A stretch of DNA of 36,948 bases from Chamaesiphon sp. (GTDB taxonomy: Bacteria > Cyanobacteriota > Cyanobacteriia > Cyanobacteriales > Chamaesiphonaceae), in contig CBDFFH010000010.1 in assembly GCA_965246715.1 (NCBI GenBank), positions 1 through 36,948 on the forward strand, in the 5' to 3' direction. The notes beneath the pieces were generated by a model that was given only the letters and a program-made list of their open reading frames with translations, was not told where the DNA came from and did not search any database. The position numbers and the translations under genes were made by a program. Shown one piece after another: positions 16,055 to 25,675 of the stretch (the first letter of the stretch is position 1; each line of letters starts with the position of its first letter).

Positions 16055-17374
16055 ATGATTGGCAAACGAGTAAAAGCATCCAAGACTAAAAGTGCCGCCG
16101 GACATGCCGCAAGTTTAGTAGATTACATCACCAAAGATAAAGAAAAACACAAAGTCCAACAGATTGGGAGTAAAAACTTTATTAGCGATCGTCTCCTCGG
16201 ACAGAAATTAGAAATGATGGCATTAGCCAGCGAAAACCCCCGCAGCAAAAACCCCATCAATCATTACATCCTGAGTTGGCGAGAAAACGAACGACCCACA
16301 GCAGCACAGATCGATCGAGCCGTTGAAATCCTGCTCGAAGAAATGGAGATGCAAGAACATCAAACCATCTATGCCGCCCACCAAGACACCGACAACATCC
16401 ACGTCCACGTCGTCATCAACCGCATTCACCCAGACACCATCCAACCCATCCAAATCAATAGAGGCTTCGATGTCGAAATCCTCCACCGCGCCGTCACCAG
16501 AATCGAACATGCCCAAGGATGGCAACCCCTAGAGAATGCCAAATACCAAGTCCGAGAGGATGGAGAAATAGTCAAACGCGAAGACTATAATCGACAACCC
16601 CAACCCCAACAACGAGCCGCCGACTTCGAGAACCGCACCGGACAAAAATCAGCCCAACGGATCGGCATCGAAACCATCGCCCCACTCATCAAACAAGCCA
16701 ACGACTGGCAACAACTCCACCACCAGCTCGCCCAAATCGGAGCCAAATACGAGCAAAAAGGCACCGGAGCGATCGTCCGTATCGGCGAAACTGCCATCAA
16801 AGCCAGTAGTATCGACCGCACCGCCAGCTTCAGCACCTTACAGAAACGATTGGGTACCTACGAACCTCCACTTCAAGATCTAGCCATTGCCGCCATCTCC
16901 CCCCAACCATTAACCGAAAACATGCCACCAGGGTGGAGCGAATATACCCAAATCCGTACCGACTACCACACCAATAAAACCACCGATGCCGATCTGTTGA
17001 GAGAGCGATGGGACGAACAAAATCGACAACTGGCTCAACGACAAAAACAAGAACGAGAAGAATTATTATCGGGCAAATGGCAAGGTAAAGGAGCGATCCT
17101 CAATGCCTTGCGGCATACCCTAGCCGAAGACCAGAAAGAGGAGAAGCAGAAACTACAACAACAGCAAGAAGCAGAGCGGGAAAGACTGCGGGAGAAATAT
17201 CAACCATTCCCTAGCTTTGAGGAGTGGCAGCGATTGCGGGGGAGAGAGGATCTAGCGGAGCAGTGGAGGTATCGAAATGGGGAAGAGAGTCCGAATTTAG
17301 AGCGGATTGTAGCGGAACGGGAGGAGATCAAAATACATGAGCAGCAGCAACATGATTATGGGATGAGCATGTGA
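16055..17374 (+). CDS. mobA: MOBP-type HUH relaxase (TraI/MobA(P) family), no primase fusion
   Basis: LVDYI (catalytic Tyr), HYILSWRENE.P, HQDTDNIHVHVVINRIHP; coiled-coil C-terminus. Confidence 0.92.
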   Translation: MIGKRVKASKTKSAAGHAASLVDYITKDKEKHKVQQIGSKNFISDRLLGQKLEMMALASENPRSKNPINHYILSWRENERPTAAQIDRAVEILLEEMEMQEHQTIYAAHQDTDNIHVHVVINRIHPDTIQPIQINRGFDVEILHRAVTRIEHAQGWQPLENAKYQVREDGEIVKREDYNRQPQPQQRAADFENRTGQKSAQRIGIETIAPLIKQANDWQQLHHQLAQIGAKYEQKGTGAIVRIGETAIKASSIDRTASFSTLQKRLGTYEPPLQDLAIAAISPQPLTENMPPGWSEYTQIRTDYHTNKTTDADLLRERWDEQNRQLAQRQKQEREELLSGKWQGKGAILNALRHTLAEDQKEEKQKLQQQQEAERERLREKYQPFPSFEEWQRLRGREDLAEQWRYRNGEESPNLERIVAEREEIKIHEQQQHDYGMSM

Positions 17375-17488
17375 GGAGGAAACCCCGCCAGCGAATGCTT
17401 GCCGCGGCGGTGAAGATTGTTGTCGAGAGCGAAAGCAGTTGGCAAGCAGTCACTTCTGGGGTTTATGGGAACGAGTAAAACGAGATTT

Positions 17489-17890
17489 CTACTTTAACAA
17501 CTTACCCAGTTGAGTAATCCGACTTTTAAGATTGCCCATCTCCTTGCGCGATCTCAAACGCTCCTGTGCCTGCACCACCACCCCAGGCAAACTACCCCCA
17601 TCGCGAGCCGCCACAAACAAAGCCTCCAACAACGTCTCAGCCGTTACCTTCTCCTGCTGACACAGCGTATCGATCTCCGCCTTAATTGCCGCCTGCAATC
17701 TAATCGGCTGCTGATTGGCAATCTGCGGATAGTTAGCCAATAAATCCTTCAACTTCTCTAACTCAGATGTTGGAAGTGGAGAACCCTCATCCTCTGGCGA
17801 ACTCTCCACCGTCTCCTGCTGCAAAATATCCGTTCTCTGTGCCACTGGTGGCTGAGACTGCCGATTTCTGATTTCATCTAGAATGCTCAT
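17489..17890 (-). CDS. Small ParA partner (putative type Ib centromere-binding protein)
   Basis: 133 aa gene coupled to parA by ATGA; IRL...IK.EI..LC...KVT.ETLLEAL RHH-like segment. Confidence 0.6.
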   Translation of the reverse strand: MSILDEIRNRQSQPPVAQRTDILQQETVESSPEDEGSPLPTSELEKLKDLLANYPQIANQQPIRLQAAIKAEIDTLCQQEKVTAETLLEALFVAARDGGSLPGVVVQAQERLRSRKEMGNLKSRITQLGKLLK

Positions 17891-18717
17891 GATTTAATCA
17901 ACCCCCGATACTTATCTGCCAAACTGGGCTTGAGCTTGAGAACGATTTGCTCGATCGCGTATTCCAACTGCGGCGATCCTAAATCGGTGGGACTGACCCG
18001 CAGATCGATCGCCTGCTTATAAACATCGCTTTCTAAAATGTGCGGCAACATCCAATTTGCCCCCGCCAACTCCGCCATCGCCTCGATACTTTTACTGGTA
18101 ATCCTTGTCGGCAACCGTCCCACCCACTTCGCTCGAAACGGCACCACCCCCAACAACTCCCGCCCTGGCAGCATTGGTTGAAACTCCCGAATCAAATCCA
18201 TAGTTCGTACCAAGGATTGCACCCCCTTAGTTGAAGCCTCCGCCGGAATCAACCAGCGATCGGCAGCTCCTAACGAAGTTTGCGCCAGATGACTGCGCTC
18301 TGGCGGGGGATCGACAATAATTACCCCAAACTCATCAATCAACGGTTCGATCCGGTGGCGCAGGGCGAATAGACTCATCGCACTAGCTGCTAACTTATAA
18401 TTAGCAGCTTCCAAGCCATCATCAGCCGGAATCAAAAACAGATTGCTGCTATCACTCTCCTTCTTTCCCGACCCTCCTGGTACCGCGACGATCGCATCCA
18501 AGATCCGCAGTTGCGATTCAGGTAAGGTAATGACTTCTAACAGCGTTGGCATGTTGGGTTGCAGACCGACCCCTAAAAAGGAAGTCAGACTCGATTGCGG
18601 GTCGGCATCGACGAACAGGACGGGAATACCCAGCCTGCCTAAGAAGCGTCCGAGCATCAGAGCCACGGTAGTTTTGCCCTGACCCCCTGCCAGTCCTAGC
18701 GTTGAGACAATTGGCAT
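17887..18717 (-). CDS. parA: ParA family partition ATPase
   Basis: GLAGGQGKTT Walker A, VDADPQSSLT, LFLIPA, IIVDPPP Walker B. Confidence 0.92.
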   Translation of the reverse strand: MPIVSTLGLAGGQGKTTVALMLGRFLGRLGIPVLFVDADPQSSLTSFLGVGLQPNMPTLLEVITLPESQLRILDAIVAVPGGSGKKESDSSNLFLIPADDGLEAANYKLAASAMSLFALRHRIEPLIDEFGVIIVDPPPERSHLAQTSLGAADRWLIPAEASTKGVQSLVRTMDLIREFQPMLPGRELLGVVPFRAKWVGRLPTRITSKSIEAMAELAGANWMLPHILESDVYKQAIDLRVSPTDLGSPQLEYAIEQIVLKLKPSLADKYRGLIKS

Positions 18718-18780
18718 CGGCTATATTTATAGGATCGTACTATTGTATCTTAAAACTAAACAACTATAGTATCTTAGTAT

Positions 18781-18840
18781 TTTAGTTGCAAACTACTTTT
18801 ATATAAAAGTAGTTTAGTATAAAAGTAGTTTGCAACTAAA
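18781..18840. promoter_or_regulatory. Nested palindrome upstream of parA (candidate centromere/operator, or terminator)
   Basis: 23-bp perfect arms at 18781-18803 and 18818-18840, plus a perfect 26-bp palindrome at 18790-18815. TATAAAAGTAGTTT occurs twice in direct and once in inverted orientation. Confidence 0.65.
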
Positions 18841-18844
18841 GTAT

Positions 18845-20821
18845 TTAATACTTTAACTGCAACCTAACTCGAAAACCAATAAAGGCTAAATAATTGGGAC
18901 TCGACGACTTAGTACTGTAGCGGTTGGCGGAGCGGCAGTTGAGCGCACTATTTTTCCAAGAACCACCGCGCAGCGGTCGAAGTTTATCTTTATTTTTAGA
19001 ATTGATATCCCCTCTGGCACCCCCATTATTTGGTGCCCTGTTGTAATTATCAAACCACTCATCCAAGCACCACTCCCAAACATTTCCGTGCATGTCATAC
19101 ACCCCAAACAAGTTGGGTGGAAATGTACCAACAGGGGTTGTTTTGTGCCAATTCTCACCCTTCGCTGCTCCTCCGTAAGGATAGCTGCCTTGATAATTAA
19201 CTACCTTTGGGTTGATTGTTTCTCCAAAAGCAAAGGGGGTGGTAGTTCCCGCTCGGCAGGCATACTCCCATTCTGCTTCGCTTGGCAGTCGATAGGTTCT
19301 TCCGGTTTTTTTACTTAGTTTTTGGCAAAAATCCATTGCCTCTAGCCAATTTACTTGCTCGACAGGTAATTTATCATTGCCTGCGAACTTGGAGGGATTT
19401 TTATCCATTATTGCTTGGTATTGAGCTTGAGTTACCAGGGTTTGACCGAGGTAAAATTCTGGCACATTTACTTGGTACTGGGGTAACTCATTGGCAAACC
19501 AATTTCTATATTGCTCTTCACTGTTGAGTCTAATTAATTCCTGCTTTTCTGCTGGAGTTTGCCCCATCAGAAATTTACCCGCAGGGATTTTCACCATTGT
19601 TAGCTTTATGCCGTTACCTAAATCTTCGGTAAATATCTCCGCACTTCTAGCGGGTCGATCGACAATCTCCCCTTTATTATTCAGTTTGACGGAAGTGAAT
19701 TGAATTTTGGCTAATTTTGGAAGTGAATTTTCACCAATTTGACGGAGTGCCAAGACGGATACTACGCCTACCCCGCCAAATCCCAACCACTTGAGAAAAT
19801 TACGCCGATCGATACTCATCCATCCTGTTTTTCCTCCTGAAGCAGTAGGTGGTGGTGGAAACGTTTGTGTTGGTGGTGTTATCGAAATCTGAGTCGTTGG
19901 TAAGTTTAGAGTGGTCTGAATCGTTGGTGGGTTTGGAGTAGGAGGAGGAACTAATGTAGGCGAGGGAGTGGATGGGGAAATGGGCGGAGGAGCGGGGGAA
20001 AGTAAAGATTCTATCGCTTCTAAAGCCTTAGTTGCATGAGCATATCGATCTTGAAACTTCTCCGCTACCATGCGATCGAGAACCCTAGCAAAATCGCTAC
20101 TTACGCTACAAAGATGTTGCCATTCGAGCTTGAGAGTATCTTCATTAAACAATAAATCCGGCGCAGAACCAGTCAAACATTGAATGCCGATCGCGCCGAC
20201 AGCATAGATATCGCTAGCTAGCTTGGGATAACCCATCAATTGTTCGGTGGGCATATATCCAGGAGTACCGATGCCGATCGTTTGACTGGTAGCTGCGGTT
20301 GGTGTCTTCGTAGTGGCGGTGCGAACTTGTTTTACCGCACCAAAATCGATCAGGACTAACTTGCCATCTTGCTGACGACGAATGATATTACCTGGTTTGA
20401 GATCGCGGTGGATGAGTTTTTGACTGTGAACCTTCGTCAATCCAGTCAGAATTTCTTGGAGGATAGACAGAGTTGCCGATTCGGAAAGTTGAGTGCCATC
20501 CAATTCCTCCGCCAGCATCCCACCCTCGATAAACTCTTGAACCAAATAAAACTCGCCGCAAGACTCAAAATAAGCGTACAGAGAAGGAATGCGATCGTTA
20601 TCTCTGCCCAATCTTTCTAGGTTTTCTGCTTCTTGCTTGAATAGGCGTTTAGCAATTTGTAGCGTTGCCGGATCGTTGCTTTGTGGCTTGAGGAGTTTGA
20701 CAACTACTTGAGATTGGCTGGGTAATTGAGTATCCACTGCTATAAAAGTCTGCCCGAATGCGCCTGCGGCTAATTTTCTCTCAATGCGATAGCGGTGATT
20801 CAACAAATGCCCAGGTTGCAC
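18845..20821 (-). CDS. Ser/Thr protein kinase fused to an FGE-sulfatase (CLec-fold) domain
   Basis: Kinase motifs GAFGQT, VVKLL, IHRDLKPGN, LIDFG, GTPGYM; Pro-rich linker; RRNFLKW plus TM segment; RLPSEAEWEYACRAG, DMHGNVWEW, LRGGSW, GFRV. Start GTG 20821 or 20866. Confidence 0.93.
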   Translation of the reverse strand: MQPGHLLNHRYRIERKLAAGAFGQTFIAVDTQLPSQSQVVVKLLKPQSNDPATLQIAKRLFKQEAENLERLGRDNDRIPSLYAYFESCGEFYLVQEFIEGGMLAEELDGTQLSESATLSILQEILTGLTKVHSQKLIHRDLKPGNIIRRQQDGKLVLIDFGAVKQVRTATTKTPTAATSQTIGIGTPGYMPTEQLMGYPKLASDIYAVGAIGIQCLTGSAPDLLFNEDTLKLEWQHLCSVSSDFARVLDRMVAEKFQDRYAHATKALEAIESLLSPAPPPISPSTPSPTLVPPPTPNPPTIQTTLNLPTTQISITPPTQTFPPPPTASGGKTGWMSIDRRNFLKWLGFGGVGVVSVLALRQIGENSLPKLAKIQFTSVKLNNKGEIVDRPARSAEIFTEDLGNGIKLTMVKIPAGKFLMGQTPAEKQELIRLNSEEQYRNWFANELPQYQVNVPEFYLGQTLVTQAQYQAIMDKNPSKFAGNDKLPVEQVNWLEAMDFCQKLSKKTGRTYRLPSEAEWEYACRAGTTTPFAFGETINPKVVNYQGSYPYGGAAKGENWHKTTPVGTFPPNLFGVYDMHGNVWEWCLDEWFDNYNRAPNNGGARGDINSKNKDKLRPLRGGSWKNSALNCRSANRYSTKSSSPNYLAFIGFRVRLQLKY

Positions 20822-21249
20822 GATCGGAAGTGAATGTTTCAGGTCAAATATACATGTATTGTACACGGGATGCCTACAGTATCTCGATCTTGATTAATAT
20901 CCTTTTATGATTTCACGCCGTGTTGTTGCGATTGCTCTGGGCAAGGACGTAACACTCGATCGATTGCGATCGGATCGAGAAGGACAAAAAAATATCGATA
21001 GAGCTACATAAGTAACAGAATCTCTTCCCAAGAAAACAACGAGTAGGGAAGAGGTCAGTGACAAGGAAGTTACGACCGATCGCCTATCAGTAAATAACAA
21101 AAACTATCTACTAAGCGAGCCACATAAATAACGAAACTTTTCCCCAATACAAAAATAGGCACAGTCACGAGCATTTATTACCAACTATCGACTTTAAATC
21201 TATAGTTTCTGCTGCTATCTGATTCAACCTTAACGCAAAAAATAAAGAG

Positions 21250-21537
21250 ATGAAAACCTTAATTACTACCCTGGCAATTTTGCCTCTAGTTTTAACTTTT
21301 AGCACACAACTCGTCCAAGCTCAGACTGATTCTAGTATGGTCATTGCGCTCGCCGATGTAAGTGCAAAAACTGCATACAATCCTTTTGTTCTAGATTCGG
21401 CAGAAAAATCCACGGAGGAAGAACCTACAGAGGAAGAATCCACGAAAGAAGAAACTGCGCCCGAAGAATCTACGGAAGAGGAGCCTACTACCGAAGAACC
21501 CGCAGCTACCGAAGAACAGGAAGTGGAGAGCATTTAA
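21250..21537 (+). CDS. Small secreted acidic protein with EExxx pentapeptide repeats
   Basis: Signal peptide MKTLITTLAILPLVL...VQA, then EEPTE EESTK EETAP EESTE EEPTT EEPAA. Confidence 0.7.
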   Translation: MKTLITTLAILPLVLTFSTQLVQAQTDSSMVIALADVSAKTAYNPFVLDSAEKSTEEEPTEEESTKEETAPEESTEEEPTTEEPAATEEQEVESI

Positions 21538-21692
21538 GTTTTTCCCTAGGTAGTCAAAGAATAACTTTAAATCCTGACAAAACATAGGGATTAATAAGTA
21601 GTATGTTTGATTTGCTTGACAGCTAAAATACACTCCAAGTATCGGATTCAAGATTAGCAAACTGCTCGATTTTAGTACCTGACATAGCTATA

Positions 21693-21737
21693 AATGTTAG
21701 TAATCTTAATATTTAATCATTCCAGATTACTAACATT
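21693..21737. promoter_or_regulatory. 14-bp-arm inverted repeat upstream of the peptidase gene
   Basis: AATGTTAGTAATCT-N17-AGATTACTAACATT. Confidence 0.4.
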
Positions 21738-21786
21738 ATTTCTCGGATTGACCGTCATTAAAATATTTTTTTACTAGGAGAGATCG

Positions 21787-22656
21787 ATGCTTAAATATTG
21801 TAAATGGCTGAGTGGATTGGCGTTAGCAAGTTTATTTATGCTTGCCGATCTACCTGGAGTACGCCTCTCAATTGCCGCCCAAGCATTGACTGTAAGAACA
21901 GTCTCAAAAACCAAACCAACTCCACAAAAAATTATCGCTCGCAACCAGCGTAGTGGTCGAATTAAGGTAGTTTACGGCAAAACAAAAGATCGTAACTCTA
22001 ACGAACTGATGCAAGCTTACCGTCAGTATAAATTCTTTGAGACTTTTGCCGATATTGTTACCTCAGAAATTAACTTGCCTCGCGACCTGACAATCGTTGT
22101 TACAGATTGCGGTATGGCTAATTCTTTTTACCGCGCACAAGAACATCAGATATTTATGTGTAACGAGCTGGTAAAGGAAAACTATGCGCTATTAGTCAAA
22201 AAAAGTCACACAGAAGAAAAGGCAATGGAAGTAGCACTTATGGCCTCTATCTTCTACTTCTATCATGAATTTGGTCATGCAATCATTCATGAGTTAGATT
22301 TGCCAATTGTGGGGCAAGAAGAAGACGTTGCCGATCGATTTGCTGCTACTTTTTTATTAATCAACGATCCATCTGAAACTAAATCGATAAGTGGCGAGAT
22401 TTTAATGGCAGCAGCAAAATTATTTAAACTAGAAAGCACTACTCCCACTCATAGTGACTTTCAAAATGAACATGCACTAAGCCAGCAACGATTTTATAAC
22501 ATCGTGTGCATGTTATACGGTACGGCTCCAGATCGATATCGTAAGTTAGTTGTAAAACTCAACTATGAAGAAACGCGTCTCGAACGCTGTCAGATGGAGT
22601 CGAGTTCGATCTTCAATGGCTGGAAAAGACTGCTGCAACCTTACTTGAAAACTTAA
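21787..22656 (+). CDS. Secreted DUF4344 family metallopeptidase
   Basis: CG.ANSFY...I.MC.EL, YHEFGHA (HEXXH), GQEEDVAD, H.LSQQRFYNIVC.LYG; good RBS (AGGAG). Confidence 0.88.
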   Translation: MLKYCKWLSGLALASLFMLADLPGVRLSIAAQALTVRTVSKTKPTPQKIIARNQRSGRIKVVYGKTKDRNSNELMQAYRQYKFFETFADIVTSEINLPRDLTIVVTDCGMANSFYRAQEHQIFMCNELVKENYALLVKKSHTEEKAMEVALMASIFYFYHEFGHAIIHELDLPIVGQEEDVADRFAATFLLINDPSETKSISGEILMAAAKLFKLESTTPTHSDFQNEHALSQQRFYNIVCMLYGTAPDRYRKLVVKLNYEETRLERCQMESSSIFNGWKRLLQPYLKT

Positions 22657-22874
22657 TCGAAGGTAAATCTCTCGATCGGTTTTGACACTGATGCAATCCT
22701 TGCCCTCACATTCTTCTATATAGACTTAAATTATATATATCTTGCCGCTGAATGTGAGGTAAATTTCCATTAGATAGTGTCGATCGATTAATTTTGTAGA
22801 TCGCTGCCACCAAATCTTGAAGATTGAAGTCGAACGATCGGATCTAATAAACATTAGCTTTGTAGGATATTTTC

Positions 22875-23159
22875 ATGAAACGCAGTAGCACTTACCCTAA
22901 CTCCGACCCGTTTTTAACAATGCCTATAGATTTAGCGGTATCCGCAATCGCTCAAGAATTAGATATTTTGAAATTAAAGATCCAACATGCCGCACAAAAT
23001 CCAAGCTTTATCGACGATCGCCAGGAGCTAAATTTTTACATAAATACTTTGCTCCGAGATTTAAATATCGTCAATCGCGGTCTGCCGCCTCTTCCACAAG
23101 AAATGGAAAGATTTGATGCCGCTCGCCACCAGTTAGATAGCTTCGATTTGACAAGCTAG
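22875..23159 (+). CDS. Hypothetical protein
   Basis: 94 aa helical ORF with AGGA upstream and a hairpin downstream. Confidence 0.5.
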   Translation: MKRSSTYPNSDPFLTMPIDLAVSAIAQELDILKLKIQHAAQNPSFIDDRQELNFYINTLLRDLNIVNRGLPPLPQEMERFDAARHQLDSFDLTS

Positions 23160-23175
23160 GTATTTATATAAAAGG

Positions 23176-23207
23176 TAATCGGCTACTAACTGAACAGTAG
23201 CCGATTA
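23176..23207 (+). terminator. Stem-loop
   Basis: TAATCGGCTACT-N8-AGTAGCCGATTA. Confidence 0.55.
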
Positions 23208-23421
23208 TCTAGGCTTTATCAAAAGTATCGGTACTAAGCATGAATATCAGTTTTAGCGATAGATTTATATACATTTACCAGTTCTCTACCCCTAACATCT
23301 TTAAGTCGGATAAAATCTATCAATTTTTATTGGATTTTAATAGTTCCTACAACTATCAAGTTATTAACTCTTTAGATTCTCCCAAGCTGCAAGCTACTAC
23401 TAAACCAATATTATTCCTGGT

Positions 23422-24836
23422 GGTTCTACCGAACTTACTATGCTAAATCAAGGATTGAAATGCCATGCTAGCAAACTTCTGATCTGAAAATTCTCAAAAT
23501 TTCTAAACCCATATCCCATTCTTTTTATTAGCTTGAGTTTATTGTTAATTCCTTCGACGACTCCTTGAGTTGTTCTATTATCAAAATAGGCAATTATTTC
23601 ACCAATCCATCTTTTAATAGTTCCACAACTCTTGGGGAATTTCCCACAAGCATTCTTGAGCCAGTCACACAAGCTTATTAGCCCATTTCCCCAATCTGTT
23701 TTTGATTCAAATATATCTCTAAATAACTCTTTTGTTTTGTGCATTGCTGCTAATTCTGGAAAAACGTCTCCAATCTCTTTCAACTTCTCTTTTTGCAATT
23801 CATTCAAATCCGCTTCGTTTTTGAGTATTGCATATTTACTGTGAGTTAATGCTGCTAATTTCTTGTTCTTTTCATCTTTGTTCTTCACCCTCTCAGCCTC
23901 TCTTTTGATTTTAATTCTCTCTCGATCTAACTCTTCATTTATCTGTTTCATTACATGAAATCTGTCTCCAACCACTTCAGCATTTGGTATCAATTCATTT
24001 ACCAGACTTTTGTATGATGAAAATAGATCGATACTTACTTCTGTAATTTGGTTCAAAACCTCCGAACCCCAAGACTTCAAGCACTCACCAATACATTCTT
24101 GAGTCCTTTTTGGTAAGATGGCTATTAACTCTCTTTTTTCTAGATCTACTAACACCGCACAATAGTTTTTTTGCCCTTTAACAAAGGCAATTTCATCAAT
24201 TCCTAGTCTGGTTAAATTCTCTGGCTTTTTTTGCACTAGATTTACCCCAGCTTTTTTGATTATTGTCTCCACTTCTTGCTCACTTAATCCATTTCTTTTG
24301 GCAACACTTTTAATATCACTAGCTAGACTCTCTTCGACAATCTTCTGCTTCATTCGCTCGGTGAAATGACTTCTCTTTTTGATGAAATTTAATTCCTCAC
24401 TGAATTTTCGACCACAACTCATACACTTGAATTGACGACGATTAATTTTAAGGTAAACATCATGTTCACCGAATGGTAGATCTCTCACTGTTAATTGGTG
24501 ATTCTCATGAAGTTTATTACTTTCAGTTCCACAATGAGGACACACTGCTTTTAATTGCTGATTTTCTAGATAAATAAAATAACCGATTTCATCTAAGATC
24601 TTATAAGCAGTGACGGTCATTCCGTCGATATTAAGAATTTCATTAATGGTTTTTAGTTGCGATTTGGATGACATAATGCAATTCAAGCTTATTTGTTGCC
24701 AGAAATCAAGATCTTACTATTCTATAATAAAATCTGTCATTTATGCTGCACCAAGCTTCCATAACTCAAAATTATCAATTTTGTCAATTAAACTTGATTC
24801 TTATCCACTACTTAGCATAGCAAGTTCGGTAGAGCC
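23422..24836 (-). mobile_element. ISL3-family insertion sequence, 1415 bp, complete
   Basis: 25-bp terminal IRs GGTTCTACCGAACTTACTATGCTAA / GGCTCTACCGAACTTGCTATGCTAA (2 mismatches); 8-bp target duplication TTCCTGGT at 23414-23421 and 24837-24844. Confidence 0.96.
23448..24686 (-). CDS. ISL3 transposase
   Basis: CPHCG zinc finger, VRDLP, LGIDE, VSIDL, DRFHV, EGINNKLKLIKRMGYGFRNFENF. Confidence 0.96.
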   Translation of the reverse strand: MNCIMSSKSQLKTINEILNIDGMTVTAYKILDEIGYFIYLENQQLKAVCPHCGTESNKLHENHQLTVRDLPFGEHDVYLKINRRQFKCMSCGRKFSEELNFIKKRSHFTERMKQKIVEESLASDIKSVAKRNGLSEQEVETIIKKAGVNLVQKKPENLTRLGIDEIAFVKGQKNYCAVLVDLEKRELIAILPKRTQECIGECLKSWGSEVLNQITEVSIDLFSSYKSLVNELIPNAEVVGDRFHVMKQINEELDRERIKIKREAERVKNKDEKNKKLAALTHSKYAILKNEADLNELQKEKLKEIGDVFPELAAMHKTKELFRDIFESKTDWGNGLISLCDWLKNACGKFPKSCGTIKRWIGEIIAYFDNRTTQGVVEGINNKLKLIKRMGYGFRNFENFQIRSLLAWHFNP

Positions 24837-25675
24837 TTCCTGGTTACTTCCATTGCCGATCTCAAAACACTCGAACAACTAAAATGTCGCTCGAAGATTA
24901 AAATCATTGCTTATTTTCTTACTTGCAAAGAATTTAAGCTTGTCAGCGATGATAAATTTCGGCTCGCTTTAAAATCGCGAGGGTTTCAATATATTTATCC
25001 CGATCGAGCGATTAATAGCAATCGACTCGATTTAATCTATTCCAGTTGCGACAAGATTTCTGACACTATTTACTTCAAAACTATCCGCAACAAGTTTGTC
25101 GTCATCGATCTAGGCGATGACATCGAAGAGTATCTACAAGTAGATCCTAGCTTGCAGTTTGCAGAAATTACCCAACTGGGATGGTATCTGCGGGATCTGG
25201 CCCTCAATCATGCCGACTCGCTAGCTGGGGGGATCGCAGTTAGATGGGGGCGGGGATTTCTCACTACTGCCAGCGCAACCGATAAGTACCGAATTACGCC
25301 AGATCGGATTTGCTATGTGGAAAGTTACGATCCGCAAGCCAATACAGTTCGTGTTGTTGGAACTCATCCGCCCAGTTCGGAGAGTGCATTATTTTACTCG
25401 ATCTTTAAAACAATCCCAGAGATCGATGTCATTCTGCACTTTCACTATAAGCCCATCACCTGCGGCTGGAAATTCGATCGCTACCGTACCAGTAACTATA
25501 CGCCCTACGGGACTTGGGCAGAAGCAGATATTGTCACCGCCAAATTGCAAGAGACAAGAGATTTTGTAATTGCCAATGGGCACGGCGAATTTGCTGCTGG
25601 TTCGGATTTTGAGTCTGTCAAAACGACAATCGATCGCATTCTCAACCTTCTGTAATTATCTTGAGAACTCAAACA

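Larger units (their letters stand above)
23240..25655 (+). pseudogene. Class II aldolase/adducin-domain gene interrupted by ISL3
   Basis: Removing the IS and one target copy joins 23240-23413 in frame with 24837-25655, giving 330 aa. The C-terminal part has PSSES, ILHFH, PYGT and NGHG motifs. Confidence 0.85.

Noticed and set aside
3891..18840. Chromosomally integrated element bounded by att sites
   Set aside because: No tRNA or flanking direct repeat seen by eye. The gene split across the window ends favours a free circle, though integration is not formally excluded.
19750..19815. Tat export signal (RRNFLK) in the kinase
   Set aside because: Internal rather than N-terminal; best read as a basic patch before the TM helix.
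23240..23446. Independent 68 aa gene
   Set aside because: It is the 5' fragment of the IS-interrupted gene; its last residues come from the IS end.
24610..24882. 90 aa ORF
   Set aside because: Runs antisense across the transposase start and the IS end; no support.
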